Assembly: GCA_963771275.1 (NCBI GenBank) | Contig: CAVYSW010000010.1 | Location: 544,001-608,000 of the forward strand | Source of the DNA: an uncultured Gemmatimonadales bacterium | Lineage (GTDB): Bacteria; Gemmatimonadota; Gemmatimonadetes; Gemmatimonadales; GWC2-71-9 | Reading direction: 5' to 3' | Length of the DNA stretch: 64,000 nucleotides | Part shown: positions 51,279-61,037 of the stretch, in pieces | Layout of the letters: every line of letters starts with the position of its first letter | Numbering within the stretch: position 1 is the first letter of the stretch | Position numbers and translations under genes: made by a program | The notes under the pieces: model-generated | Told to the model about the DNA's origin: nothing | The model's input: only the letters and a program-made list of their open reading frames with translations | Database searches by the model: none

Positions 51279-53111
51279 CTAGTTCTGAAAGCGCCACTTC
51301 ACGCCGAACGTCTGAATCGACTGCGGGTAGGCAAAACCGGGGACGAATCCCTCGATCGAGCCAAACGCATTCTTGAGGGAGTAGAACGCGCTGAACTGCA
51401 CCAGCTCGATCTGGAGATAGGCCTCGGAGAGCGTCGCGGCAGGGAGCGGGATCGGGGCACCGTCGGCGTCGAGGCCGGCGGTGCCTGCGCTCCATGACTC
51501 GAGCGCGACCTGCGCCTTGAGATCGAAGGCGCCGCTGCGGAACGTGCGCCAGAACTTCGAGCGGAACGTGATGGCGCCGCGCAGATGGGTCGGCGGGTCG
51601 AACGCGGCTGCGGCACCGCTGACGGGATGCGCGAGCCAGCCGTTCACCGTCAACGGACCGAGCTGCACGGTGAGATCCCCGACCCCGTAGGTGGCGGCGG
51701 GCGAGGACGGCAGCGCGCCGATGCCCGCGAAGGTCGGCGAGGCGGGCTGGGCAAACGCGTCGCGTCGCTCGACACCGGCCTGGATCGCGATGCGGCGCGA
51801 CGCGAAGCCGGCCCGGGCGCCGAGGTCGGCGGTGGCCTGCGCGGTGTCGGCCGGGAGCCCCGGTGCCGTGACGGCGTCGGCCAGCGTGCCCTCCCCGACG
51901 AGTGAGAGACCGCGCCAGACCAGTCCCACGGCGGCGTGGCCGCGCAGCGAGCTGCGGCCGCCATCGTAACGCGTCCAGCTGGCGTCGGTGGACGCGACGA
52001 GCCAGGGCAGCGGCAGCCAGCCCGCGCGCAGCATCGCCGACGCCGGCGTATAGCGGTCGCCGATGCTCGCGAGCAGATCGGCCGTGGCGTACCGAGCCGC
52101 GGCACGCAGTCCCAGGAACACGCGATGGACGCTGCGGGTCCCGAGCACGGTGTCCGCGGTGCCCGAGTCCGCACGCCACGCCGTCGTCTGCAGGCCCGCT
52201 TCCACCGACAGCCCCTCGCGGTTGGGACGGCTGGAGGCCACCACGCGCACGAGCGCCTCCGTGCGGCTGTCCGCGCGCTGCGGGATGAACGGGCCGGCCG
52301 TGGTCTCCGTCGGGTCGCGCGAGAACGCGAGGCGGCTGAACTGCGCGGACGCCGCGAGCAGCGGAGACGGCGTCCACTCCGCCTTGGCCCGCAGGGTGAA
52401 CCACTCCGCGTTGCGGCGCGGCGTCAGCGATCCCTGCGTACCCAGGAAATCCGCCAGCAGATCGAGGCCGACCCCGCCGGCGGTCCGATACTGGAACAGC
52501 CCCGCATAGCCACCGGTCTTGAACGAGCCACTCACGATCCTGAGCAGCGACCGCGATCCGACCAGCGTGCTCCGCTCCGAGACGAGATACACGCGCAGCA
52601 GCCCGGGGAGTCGCTCGATCTCGACGCGGCCGATGCCGAACAGGGAGATCTGTCCGGGGTCGACGGTCGCCGAGTCGGCGCCCAGCGGCAGCAGCGGGAG
52701 ACCGTCCCAGTAGATCTCGATCCCGGCGGGGCCACGCCCGCCGTACATCGCCGCCGCCGGCTGGCCGACGAATCCCGTCCGCGCGACGTACACACCCGGC
52801 ACCTCGGTCAGCAGCTCGGCGAGCGTGTAGGCGCTGGTCCAGAGCACCGAATCGCGCGTGAAGGTGAGGCGACTCCCCGGCGGAAGCGGGCCGGGTGGGA
52901 CCTCGGGGGGGAGTGTCGGAACGAAGCCGGGGGCGGGCGGCTTTGCTTGCGTCGTATCGCCCTGGAGGGTATCAGCCCGGATGGTATCGGCCGGCGGAGG
53001 ATTCGGCGGCCGCGGGGGCGGGGGCGGCGGGTTTTGCGCGGCCGCGCCCACCGCCACGCTCAGCAGCACGACGGCGGTCAGGCAGATCGCGCCGGGGCGC
53101 GCGCCGCTCAC
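51279..53111 (-). CDS. TonB-dependent-receptor-like outer membrane protein (plug plus beta-barrel)
   Basis: Signal peptide, Pro-rich linker, LAELLTEVPGVYV and IYWDGLP plug motifs, C-terminal FGVKWRFQN. Confidence 0.8.
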   Translation of the reverse strand: MSGARPGAICLTAVVLLSVAVGAAAQNPPPPPPRPPNPPPADTIRADTLQGDTTQAKPPAPGFVPTLPPEVPPGPLPPGSRLTFTRDSVLWTSAYTLAELLTEVPGVYVARTGFVGQPAAAMYGGRGPAGIEIYWDGLPLLPLGADSATVDPGQISLFGIGRVEIERLPGLLRVYLVSERSTLVGSRSLLRIVSGSFKTGGYAGLFQYRTAGGVGLDLLADFLGTQGSLTPRRNAEWFTLRAKAEWTPSPLLAASAQFSRLAFSRDPTETTAGPFIPQRADSRTEALVRVVASSRPNREGLSVEAGLQTTAWRADSGTADTVLGTRSVHRVFLGLRAAARYATADLLASIGDRYTPASAMLRAGWLPLPWLVASTDASWTRYDGGRSSLRGHAAVGLVWRGLSLVGEGTLADAVTAPGLPADTAQATADLGARAGFASRRIAIQAGVERRDAFAQPASPTFAGIGALPSSPAATYGVGDLTVQLGPLTVNGWLAHPVSGAAAAFDPPTHLRGAITFRSKFWRTFRSGAFDLKAQVALESWSAGTAGLDADGAPIPLPAATLSEAYLQIELVQFSAFYSLKNAFGSIEGFVPGFAYPQSIQTFGVKWRFQN

Positions 53112-54598
53112 CCCCGCGCGCGCCCGAGCAGGAACTCGGTGAACAGGCGTACTCCGACGCCTGTCGGCCCTTTCGTGAGACCGGGGCGCTCGGTGTCGGT
53201 GTATGCCGTACCCGCGATGTCCAGGTGGGCCCACGGGAAGCCGTCCACGAACTCCCGCAGGAACCAGCCCGCGGTGATCGTCCCGCCGGTCCGGCCGCCG
53301 GAGTTCTTTACGTCGGCGACGTCCGACCTGATCTGCTCGCGGTACTCGTGCCACAACGGCAGCGGCCAGCAGCGCTCACCGGCGCGGTCGCCCGCGCGCT
53401 GGACCTCCTCGATCAGGTGATCGTCGTTGCCCATCAGGCCCGTGGCGTGGGTGCCGAGCCCCACGACGACGGCGCCGGTGAGGGTGGCGGCGTCGATCGT
53501 GCACGCGGGCTTGAAGCGGCGCGCGAACGACAACGCGTCGCAGAGGATCAGCCGGCCCTCCGCGTCCGTGTTGATGATCTCGATCGTCTTGCCGAGCTGA
53601 CTCCGGACCACGTCACCCGGCCTGGTCGCCGTGCCCGACGGCAGGTTCTCGGTGGACGGGATCAACCCCACGACGTTCACGGCGGGCTTGAGCTGGCCCA
53701 GGGCCTCGAACGTGCCGAGCACGGCCGCCGCGCCCGACATGTCGTACTTCATCTCCTCCATCTTCTCGGCCGGCTTGATCGAGATGCCACCCGAGTCGAA
53801 CGTGATGCCCTTGCCGACGAGGCACACCGGCGCCGCCCGCCCGGCGCCGCGGTATTCCAGGATCACGAACCGGGGCTCCTCCTGGCTGCCGCGTGCCACG
53901 GCGAGGAGCGCCCCCATGGCTTCCTTCTCCATGTGTGCGCGATCGAGCACGGTGATGCGGAACCCGTAGGCACGCCCCAGCTCCCGGGCGATCTCCGCGA
54001 GGTAGCTCGGCGTGCAGACGTTGCCCGGCAGCATCTGAAGGTTGCGGGCGAGCTTCTGCCCGACCGCGATCGCGTGGCCGGTCGTCCGGCCGCGCTCCAT
54101 GTCGGCGCGCACTTCCCGCGTTGCGATGACGTCGAACCGCGCCACCGCGCCCCGGTCCTCCCGCACGGCCTTCAGATCCACGAAGCGCCACGCCCCCTGC
54201 CCGGCCCCTTCGACCGCAACCTGCGCGATCGCCTCGGCCGGCACGCCGCAATGCGTCTCGTTCGCGACGTGGAACGCCACGGCGCGCGCGCCGAAGCCCG
54301 TGGCCCGGCGGGTGGCGATCGCGGCCGCGGTCCGGATCGAGGCGCGGGTGATCTCCGCGTGCTCGCCCAGCCCGACCAGCAGAATGCGGCTCGCTCCCTT
54401 CACCGGGTACACGAGCAGCGTCTGGTCGCGGTCCCCGGTGAAATCCCCGGCGGCCACGGCCCGGCGCAGCGCGCCACCGGCCTGGGCATCGAGGCCGAGG
54501 AGGGAATCGGGCAGCTTGTCGTGCAGCCTGCCCGTCGCGACGACGAGCAGGTCGGTCCCGGCCTGCTCGAGCGGGACGACCTTGACGGTGGTGCGCAC
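53108..54598 (-). CDS. pepA: leucyl aminopeptidase (M17)
   Basis: GKGITFDSGG, MKYDMSG, NTDAEGRL, HLDIAG. Confidence 0.97.
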   Translation of the reverse strand: MRTTVKVVPLEQAGTDLLVVATGRLHDKLPDSLLGLDAQAGGALRRAVAAGDFTGDRDQTLLVYPVKGASRILLVGLGEHAEITRASIRTAAAIATRRATGFGARAVAFHVANETHCGVPAEAIAQVAVEGAGQGAWRFVDLKAVREDRGAVARFDVIATREVRADMERGRTTGHAIAVGQKLARNLQMLPGNVCTPSYLAEIARELGRAYGFRITVLDRAHMEKEAMGALLAVARGSQEEPRFVILEYRGAGRAAPVCLVGKGITFDSGGISIKPAEKMEEMKYDMSGAAAVLGTFEALGQLKPAVNVVGLIPSTENLPSGTATRPGDVVRSQLGKTIEIINTDAEGRLILCDALSFARRFKPACTIDAATLTGAVVVGLGTHATGLMGNDDHLIEEVQRAGDRAGERCWPLPLWHEYREQIRSDVADVKNSGGRTGGTITAGWFLREFVDGFPWAHLDIAGTAYTDTERPGLTKGPTGVGVRLFTEFLLGRARG

Positions 54599-54606
54599 GC
54601 TGGGTC

Positions 54607-55818
<1,212 letters not shown>

Positions 55819-55860
55819 GGTATCCCGCCCGCTCCGGCTCGAGAGCGCGGAGCTGTGCCG

Positions 55861-56409
55861 TTAGTGCCAGGTGAGTCCAAGCGTGAACAGCAGGAGATAG
55901 CCGTTCTTGTTGGAGAAGAATTGGCTCTCGACCCGCTGGTACGCGAACTCCACGTTGGGCGAGAGGAAGAGGTTACCGCCGACCTGCAGGTCGTAGCCGA
56001 GCCCGCCCGACGCGCCGAAGCCGCCGTCCGTGTGGGAGATGGTGGTGCCGCCGGACGTCGACGACGACATCCACGTGGCGAAGCCGGCGCCGGCCTTGAC
56101 GAACAGGCCTTTGCGCATCGGGTAGAGCAGCACGGTCGCGTTCACGTTCGCCCGCGAGACCGTCGAGCCCTGGATCGAGCGTGCCCAGGCGCTGACCTCG
56201 CCGCCCAAGAGGACCGACTGGTTGAGCGTGCCGCCCAGGCCGAAATACGCCGCGCCACCGGCGCGGACCCCCTGGGCCTCACTCGACATGTTGGAGCCGC
56301 CACCGATCCCGAAACCGATCCAGAACCCCTCGTGCTTGCCCTCCCGTTGGGCGTGAGCGGGCATCGCAACGAGGCTGAGGACGGCGAGCGCGAGCAGCGC
56401 CGGGCGCAT
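55861..56409 (-). CDS. small outer-membrane beta-barrel protein
   Basis: Signal peptide AHA^Q, alternating beta strands, ends LGLTWH. Confidence 0.8.
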   Translation of the reverse strand: MRPALLALAVLSLVAMPAHAQREGKHEGFWIGFGIGGGSNMSSEAQGVRAGGAAYFGLGGTLNQSVLLGGEVSAWARSIQGSTVSRANVNATVLLYPMRKGLFVKAGAGFATWMSSSTSGGTTISHTDGGFGASGGLGYDLQVGGNLFLSPNVEFAYQRVESQFFSNKNGYLLLFTLGLTWH

Positions 56410-56435
56410 GGCAGACTCCCTTCGGTGCGCAGGGC

Positions 56436-56936
56436 CTAGAGGAACACGCGGCCCCGTGTGTACGGCCAGTTTTCCCAGAGGCGCGAGTAATAGAACCGAT
56501 TGCGTCCTTGCGGGACCTTCCACCATGGGTGGTTCGGGTCCTGGCTCGGCGGCGTCACCTGCGTGTCCCCCGGCTTCACCGGACGCTCGCAGAACGGACA
56601 GCGGTACGTGGTTTCCCCGGGGCCCGCCCACCAGATGTACGGCGCCCGGGCGATCTCCGGCCAGGCGGCGCAGCCGTGCACCGACGGCAGCGCCCGGCCG
56701 GGGCGCTCCAGCACGCGCTGGTGGAAGCCGCAGAACCGGCAAGACCGATAGCGCTCGCCCCCGGGACCGACCCGCGGGCCGTAGAACCCCGTGCGGCCGC
56801 AGTCGGGGCAGATGCTCGGGTCGCGGCCCTCCGCGAACAGGGCGAAGCACTCCTCGTCCCACGCTTCCACGGTGTACTCCACGCCGTCCCGGGCGGGGAC
56901 GGTGGGGGTCGGGGTTCCCTCGGCGTCGGTTGGCAC
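56436..56936 (-). CDS. hypothetical multi-zinc-ribbon protein
   Basis: CPDC, CRFC, HGC and CPFC motifs; TAGATT-N7-GTG start. Confidence 0.7.
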   Translation of the reverse strand: MPTDAEGTPTPTVPARDGVEYTVEAWDEECFALFAEGRDPSICPDCGRTGFYGPRVGPGGERYRSCRFCGFHQRVLERPGRALPSVHGCAAWPEIARAPYIWWAGPGETTYRCPFCERPVKPGDTQVTPPSQDPNHPWWKVPQGRNRFYYSRLWENWPYTRGRVFL

Positions 56937-57000
56937 GGGGTCAAATCTAAGCCGCGGTCGACGTTGTTGAAGCCCTGCCGTCGGGGTCCGGGCGGGCCCT

Positions 57001-57029
57001 GCAACCCTTTGCCCGATCCGCACATCTAA
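57001..57029 (+). promoter_or_regulatory. putative ECF-sigma promoter
   Basis: CAACCC-N17-TCTAA (AAC -35, TCT -10). Confidence 0.5.
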
Positions 57030-57099
57030 TCGGACGATGGCACAGGAGAGCGAAACCGATGGGTTCGGGAGCCCGTTGGGAAGACACAGGGGGTCGAGC

Positions 57100-57345
57100 A
57101 TGACGGCAATGAGCGCGGCGATGAGGGGGAGCCCAGTCCATACGGGGCCCTGTCTGGCAGTGCCCCCGGCCCTGGTGGCCGCGGCGCGGCGGCTGAGCCT
57201 GGCGGCGGCGCCGCGCGGGAACGAGCCACGGGCGGCCTACTGCCTGCTGGACCAGCGCGGCCGCCACATTGGGCTGATCCCCGCGCCCGCGGGGCGGCCG
57301 GTCCTGGGCCCGGCGGCGCCGACTCTCTACCTCAAGCGGATCTAG
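57100..57345 (+). CDS. small hypothetical protein
   Basis: AGGGGG RBS, high-GC3 codons; start uncertain. Confidence 0.5.
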   Translation: MTAMSAAMRGSPVHTGPCLAVPPALVAAARRLSLAAAPRGNEPRAAYCLLDQRGRHIGLIPAPAGRPVLGPAAPTLYLKRI

Positions 57346-57492
57346 GAGCGGGGCGAGCCGGCCGGAACGAGGCCGTGTCCCTGGCGGGCGCGGCCTTCGT
57401 CGTTTCCGGCGCGGCGCGTCCATCAGGGTTCCCAGGTCCACGCGGTTCCCTTACCCTACGTGGTCACCAAGCCTCGTCTTCAGGGAGTCGCG

Positions 57493-58563
57493 ATGCAGGT
57501 CTTCGACACGGGATTCCTCGGCAACTCCGTGCGCCAATGGGCGATCGCCGTGGCGGTCCTGGTGGTCGTCACTCTCGTCCTGCGCCTCGGCGCCCGGGTG
57601 GTGGTGAGCCGTCTCTCGGCACTCGCGCGGCGGACGGCGACGGAGTGGGACGACATCGTCACGGCGGCGCTGGCCGAGACGAAGCTCCTGTTCCTGCTGA
57701 TCGTCGGGATCTACGCGGGCAGCCTCGTGCTGAACCTCTCCGAGCGGGCGCACGACGCGGTTCGCCAGGCGACGATCGTGGCGTTCCTGATCCAGGCCGG
57801 CCTGTGGCTCGGCGTGATCCTCACCCGCTGGCTCGAGTCCTACCGCAAGCGCGAGATGCAGGCGGATCCGGCCACCGCCACCACGGTGAGCGCGCTGGGA
57901 TTCGTGGGCAAGGCGCTGCTCTGGACCGCGGTCCTGCTCCTGGCGCTCGACAACCTCGGTGTCAACGTCACCACGCTCATCGCCGGTCTGGGCGTGGGCG
58001 GCATCGCCGTCGCGCTCGCGCTGCAGAACATCCTCGGTGACCTGTTCGCCTCGCTTTCGATCGTGCTCGACAAGCCGTTCGTGCTCGGGGACTTCCTGAT
58101 CATCGACGATCACCTCGGCAACGTCGAACACATCGGGCTCAAGACCACACGGCTGCGCAGCCTGGGGGGCGAGCAGCTGATCTTCTCGAACTCGGACCTC
58201 CTGAAGAGCCGGGTGCGGAACTTCGGGCGGATGTACCAGCGGCGCATCGTCTTCACGCTGGGGGTTACCTACCAGACCCCGCGTGCCCAGCTCGCGCTGA
58301 TCCCGGCGATGATCCGCGAGGCGGTCGAAGGGCAGGAGAAGACGCGGTTCGACCGCGCGCATTTCAAGGCGTACGGAGACTTCGCGCTCACCTTCGAGGC
58401 GGTCTACTACGTCACGGTGGCCGACTACAACACGTACATGGACATCCAGCAGGCGATCAACCTGCGGATCCACGAGCGGTTCGAGCAGGAGAAGATCGAG
58501 TTCGCCTACCCGACGCAGACGCTGTTCGTGGTGCGGCAGGAGGGGGCGGCGGCGAAGGTCTGA
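57493..58563 (+). CDS. MscS-family mechanosensitive channel
   Basis: [49 protein letters not shown]. Confidence 0.95.
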   Translation: MQVFDTGFLGNSVRQWAIAVAVLVVVTLVLRLGARVVVSRLSALARRTATEWDDIVTAALAETKLLFLLIVGIYAGSLVLNLSERAHDAVRQATIVAFLIQAGLWLGVILTRWLESYRKREMQADPATATTVSALGFVGKALLWTAVLLLALDNLGVNVTTLIAGLGVGGIAVALALQNILGDLFASLSIVLDKPFVLGDFLIIDDHLGNVEHIGLKTTRLRSLGGEQLIFSNSDLLKSRVRNFGRMYQRRIVFTLGVTYQTPRAQLALIPAMIREAVEGQEKTRFDRAHFKAYGDFALTFEAVYYVTVADYNTYMDIQQAINLRIHERFEQEKIEFAYPTQTLFVVRQEGAAAKV

Positions 58564-58613
58564 TGGGTGAGCCGGCTGGCGCAGGACCTTTCCCGGCGCT
58601 ACCGGCGAGCAAG

Positions 58614-58696
58614 TGCCCGAGGAGGGAGTCGAACCCACACGGCCTTGCGGCCACGGGATTTTGAGTCCCGCGTGTCTGCCATTCCACCACTCGGGC
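58614..58696 (-). tRNA. tRNA-Leu(CAA)
   Basis: GCCCGAG acceptor stem, anticodon loop CT-CAA-AA, long variable arm, TTCGACT T-loop; CCA not encoded. Confidence 0.96.
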
Positions 58697-58761
58697 TAAG
58701 GAGCGCAATATAGCCCTGGTGGTGAAGCGACGCGCACGCGGAACGCGCGGTGGACGCGCGC

Positions 58762-59259
58762 TTACGGATTCCGAATCCGTTCCTGGAGCCCGGGGCCTCC
58801 CATCCGGCGCCGAACGACCTGATCGATCTGTTGCTCCAGACGGGTGAACGCCAGGACGAACTGCGCCCGCTGCACCGGCGTCAGGAACTGGGCGAGCTCG
58901 CGCTGCTCGGCCCGCGCCTGGTCCACCTCTTCCCCCTGGATCTGGAGCAGCCGGTCGAGCAGGGCCGTCACGCTGTCCGGGTTGGCGGCGACACCGGGGC
59001 GCATCTGTGCCTCGAGCTCCTGCACCAAGGCGCGCTGGCGCTCTTGGATGGCGCGGCGACGCTCGAACGCGCCACGCACGACCGTCTGGACCTTGCCGTA
59101 CTGCTCGTCGGTGAGCCCCGCCTGCACGCGGTAGTTCTCGAGAAACCGCTGCACAACCATCCGACGGAGCTGTTCGGCGCCCGATCCGGGGCCCGCCTGA
59201 GCCCGGGCCACCGAGCCCAGGGCGAGAAGGCCGATGGCCAGCCATGCAGTGCGCATCAT
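58762..59259 (-). CDS. periplasmic Spy/CpxP-like helical protein
   Basis: Signal peptide, GLTDEQ and LTPVQRAQ (LTxxQ) motifs. Confidence 0.75.
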   Translation of the reverse strand: MMRTAWLAIGLLALGSVARAQAGPGSGAEQLRRMVVQRFLENYRVQAGLTDEQYGKVQTVVRGAFERRRAIQERQRALVQELEAQMRPGVAANPDSVTALLDRLLQIQGEEVDQARAEQRELAQFLTPVQRAQFVLAFTRLEQQIDQVVRRRMGGPGLQERIRNP

Positions 59260-59651
59260 CCCTCCATCAAGGCGAGCAGCTCCTGAAGCTGCGCCGCATC
59301 GAGATCGTCCAGGGTGGTGGCGAGCTGCGCCGAAGCCGGCGCCTCCCACGACAGCGAATCGAGCACCTCGGAAAGCTCCGGCTCGGAGAGCTCGTCGAGC
59401 ATGGGCGCCACGGCCACGGCCTGCGGGCTGACCTGCGGCGTCCGCTGGCGCATGACCACGACCGAGCCGCCGATCAGCACGACGAGCCCCGCCGCGAGCG
59501 CGAGCCAGCGCGCGACGGGGACGGGGCGCCGCACCGCCGGCTCGCTGCGCAGCCGGGCGACGACCCGGTCGGCCACGCGCTCGACGTCCAGCTCGCCCGC
59601 GGCCCGGCTCCCGAGCCGCGCGGCAATGCGCTCCAGTTGGCTGTCGTCCAT
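59256..59651 (-). CDS. putative single-TM anti-sigma factor
   Basis: RWLALAAGLVVLIGG TM segment directly after an ECF sigma gene. Confidence 0.7.
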   Translation of the reverse strand: MDDSQLERIAARLGSRAAGELDVERVADRVVARLRSEPAVRRPVPVARWLALAAGLVVLIGGSVVVMRQRTPQVSPQAVAVAPMLDELSEPELSEVLDSLSWEAPASAQLATTLDDLDAAQLQELLALMEG

Positions 59652-59664
59652 GTCCTCCTCGCTT

Positions 59665-59705
59665 CCCTTCTGCCGCCTCTGCCGCTCCTGCCGCCCCTGC
59701 CCCTA
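59665..59705. repeat. degenerate 9-mer tandem repeat
   Basis: CTGCCGCCT CTGCCGCTC CTGCCGCCC CTGCCC between sigma and anti-sigma genes. Confidence 0.6.
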
Positions 59706-60254
59706 CTTCTCCACCACCCGCTTCAGCCGTTTCACGGCATGATGGTAGTGCACCCGAGCCGCCCCCACCGACGTCCCCAGCGCTCGCGCGATGTCCTCGT
59801 ACGCGATCCCCTGCTGTGCCCGGAGCAGGAACACGTCCCGCTGCATCGGCGGCAGACGCTGCACCTCGGTCTGTACCCGGCCTTCCAGCTCCCGCAACTC
59901 CAGCTCGTCGTGCGGGCCGGCGTGTCGATCCTCCACCTCGCGGTCATCGAGCGCCAGCACGGGGCGGCGCGCCCGCCGCCGCCGCAGGTCCGTGAGCGCG
60001 TTCCCGGCAATGGTCAGGAGCCAGGTCCGGAACGTCGCTCCGGCGCGAAACTGGTCGAGGCTCCGGAACGCCCGGAAAAAGGCCTCCTGCGCCACGTCCT
60101 CCAGGTCCTCACCGGCCCCAGCCGCCGCCAGAAACCGCGCCACCGCCCCCGCGTGGCGCCTGACCAGCGCGGCCGCGGCAGCTTCATCCCCCGCGCGCCA
60201 CCGGGCAATCAGCTCAGCGTCCGCCAGCTGCGGATGCGCGTCGGGTGCGGTCAC
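59703..60254 (-). CDS. ECF RNA polymerase sigma factor
   Basis: EDVAQEAF, FRTWLLTIA, LPPMQRDVFLL, YEDIARALG. Confidence 0.95.
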   Translation of the reverse strand: MTAPDAHPQLADAELIARWRAGDEAAAAALVRRHAGAVARFLAAAGAGEDLEDVAQEAFFRAFRSLDQFRAGATFRTWLLTIAGNALTDLRRRRARRPVLALDDREVEDRHAGPHDELELRELEGRVQTEVQRLPPMQRDVFLLRAQQGIAYEDIARALGTSVGAARVHYHHAVKRLKRVVEK

Positions 60255-60260
60255 AATGTC

Positions 60261-60287
60261 TCAGACGAAGTCACGGGGCGAAAGTTA
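60261..60287 (-). promoter_or_regulatory. putative autoregulatory ECF promoter (leaderless)
   Basis: TAACTT-N16-TCTGA-N6-GTG, close to the sigmaE-type GAACTT-N16-TCTGA. Confidence 0.65.
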
Positions 60288-60295
60288 AGCCCGTG

Positions 60296-60365
60296 AGCCG
60301 TTTAGCCGATAACCGATAGCCGATGGCTGCCGCCAAGGACGGCTCTCGGCCATCGGTCATCGGCC
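60296..60365. repeat. inverted array of tandem heptamers
   Basis: AGCCGAT AACCGAT AGCCGAT ... CTCGGCC ATCGGTC ATCGGCC. Confidence 0.65.
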
Positions 60366-60403
60366 GGGGGGCTGGAGGTAGGGAGGGGCCCCTGTTACCT
60401 TCC

Positions 60404-60417
60404 CGAACGACCGTTCG
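60404..60417 (+). promoter_or_regulatory. PaaR-type TetR operator
   Basis: Palindrome CGAACG-AC-CGTTCG between an extended -10 (TGTTACCTT) and the ATG. Confidence 0.8.
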
Positions 60418-60418
60418 C

Positions 60419-61024
60419 ATGCCCAGGACTTCCTTTGACGAGCGGCTCGACCGCCTGTTGACTGCCACAGCTCGCGTGTTCGCCGACAAGGGCTACCACG
60501 CGACCTCCATGCGAGATCTCTCCCGGGCATCCGGGCTGAGTCTCGCCGGGATGTATCACTACGTCTCGGGGAAGGAGGAGCTGTTGTACCTCATCCAGCG
60601 GGGCTGCTTCGAGCGGGTGGTGGCGGGCGCCGAGACGGCGATGGCGGACCAGAGGAAACCGGTCGACCGCCTGCGCGCCTTCATCCGGCATCATGTGACG
60701 TTCTTCGCCGCGCACATGAGCGAGATGAAGGTGCTGTCCCACGAGGCCGACAGCCTCACGGGCGAGCGCGGCGCCGAGATTCGGGGGCTGAAGCGCCGCT
60801 ACGCCAGCCTGCTGGGAGACGCCATCGCGGGGGCGAGCGACCGCGATCCACGACTCGCGGCGTTCGGCGTGTTCGGCATGATGAACTGGATCTACACGTG
60901 GTACCGGCCCGGAGGTCGGGTGACGCCGGAGCAGCTGGCCGACACGTTCACCGAGATCTTCCTCCACGGGGTCGTGGCCCCTGGCCCGGCGCGGCCGCCC
61001 GTGCGGGGCGGGCCCGTCGGATGA
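60419..61024 (+). CDS. TetR-family repressor (PaaR/KstR2-like)
   Basis: FADKGYHATSMRDL, MYHYVSGKEELL, GMMNWIYTWYRPGG. Confidence 0.92.
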   Translation: MPRTSFDERLDRLLTATARVFADKGYHATSMRDLSRASGLSLAGMYHYVSGKEELLYLIQRGCFERVVAGAETAMADQRKPVDRLRAFIRHHVTFFAAHMSEMKVLSHEADSLTGERGAEIRGLKRRYASLLGDAIAGASDRDPRLAAFGVFGMMNWIYTWYRPGGRVTPEQLADTFTEIFLHGVVAPGPARPPVRGGPVG

Positions 61025-61037
61025 GCGAGGGCGAGGC

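Noticed and set aside
57040..57095. Possible c-di-GMP-I riboswitch or sigma54 promoter
   Set aside because: The GGCAAAC...GAAA...GCAAAG core is absent; TGGCAC lacks a GC at the required -12 spacing
58560..58700. Integrative element at tRNA-Leu
   Set aside because: No integrase, no duplicated tRNA 3' end that I could see, and no compositional shift
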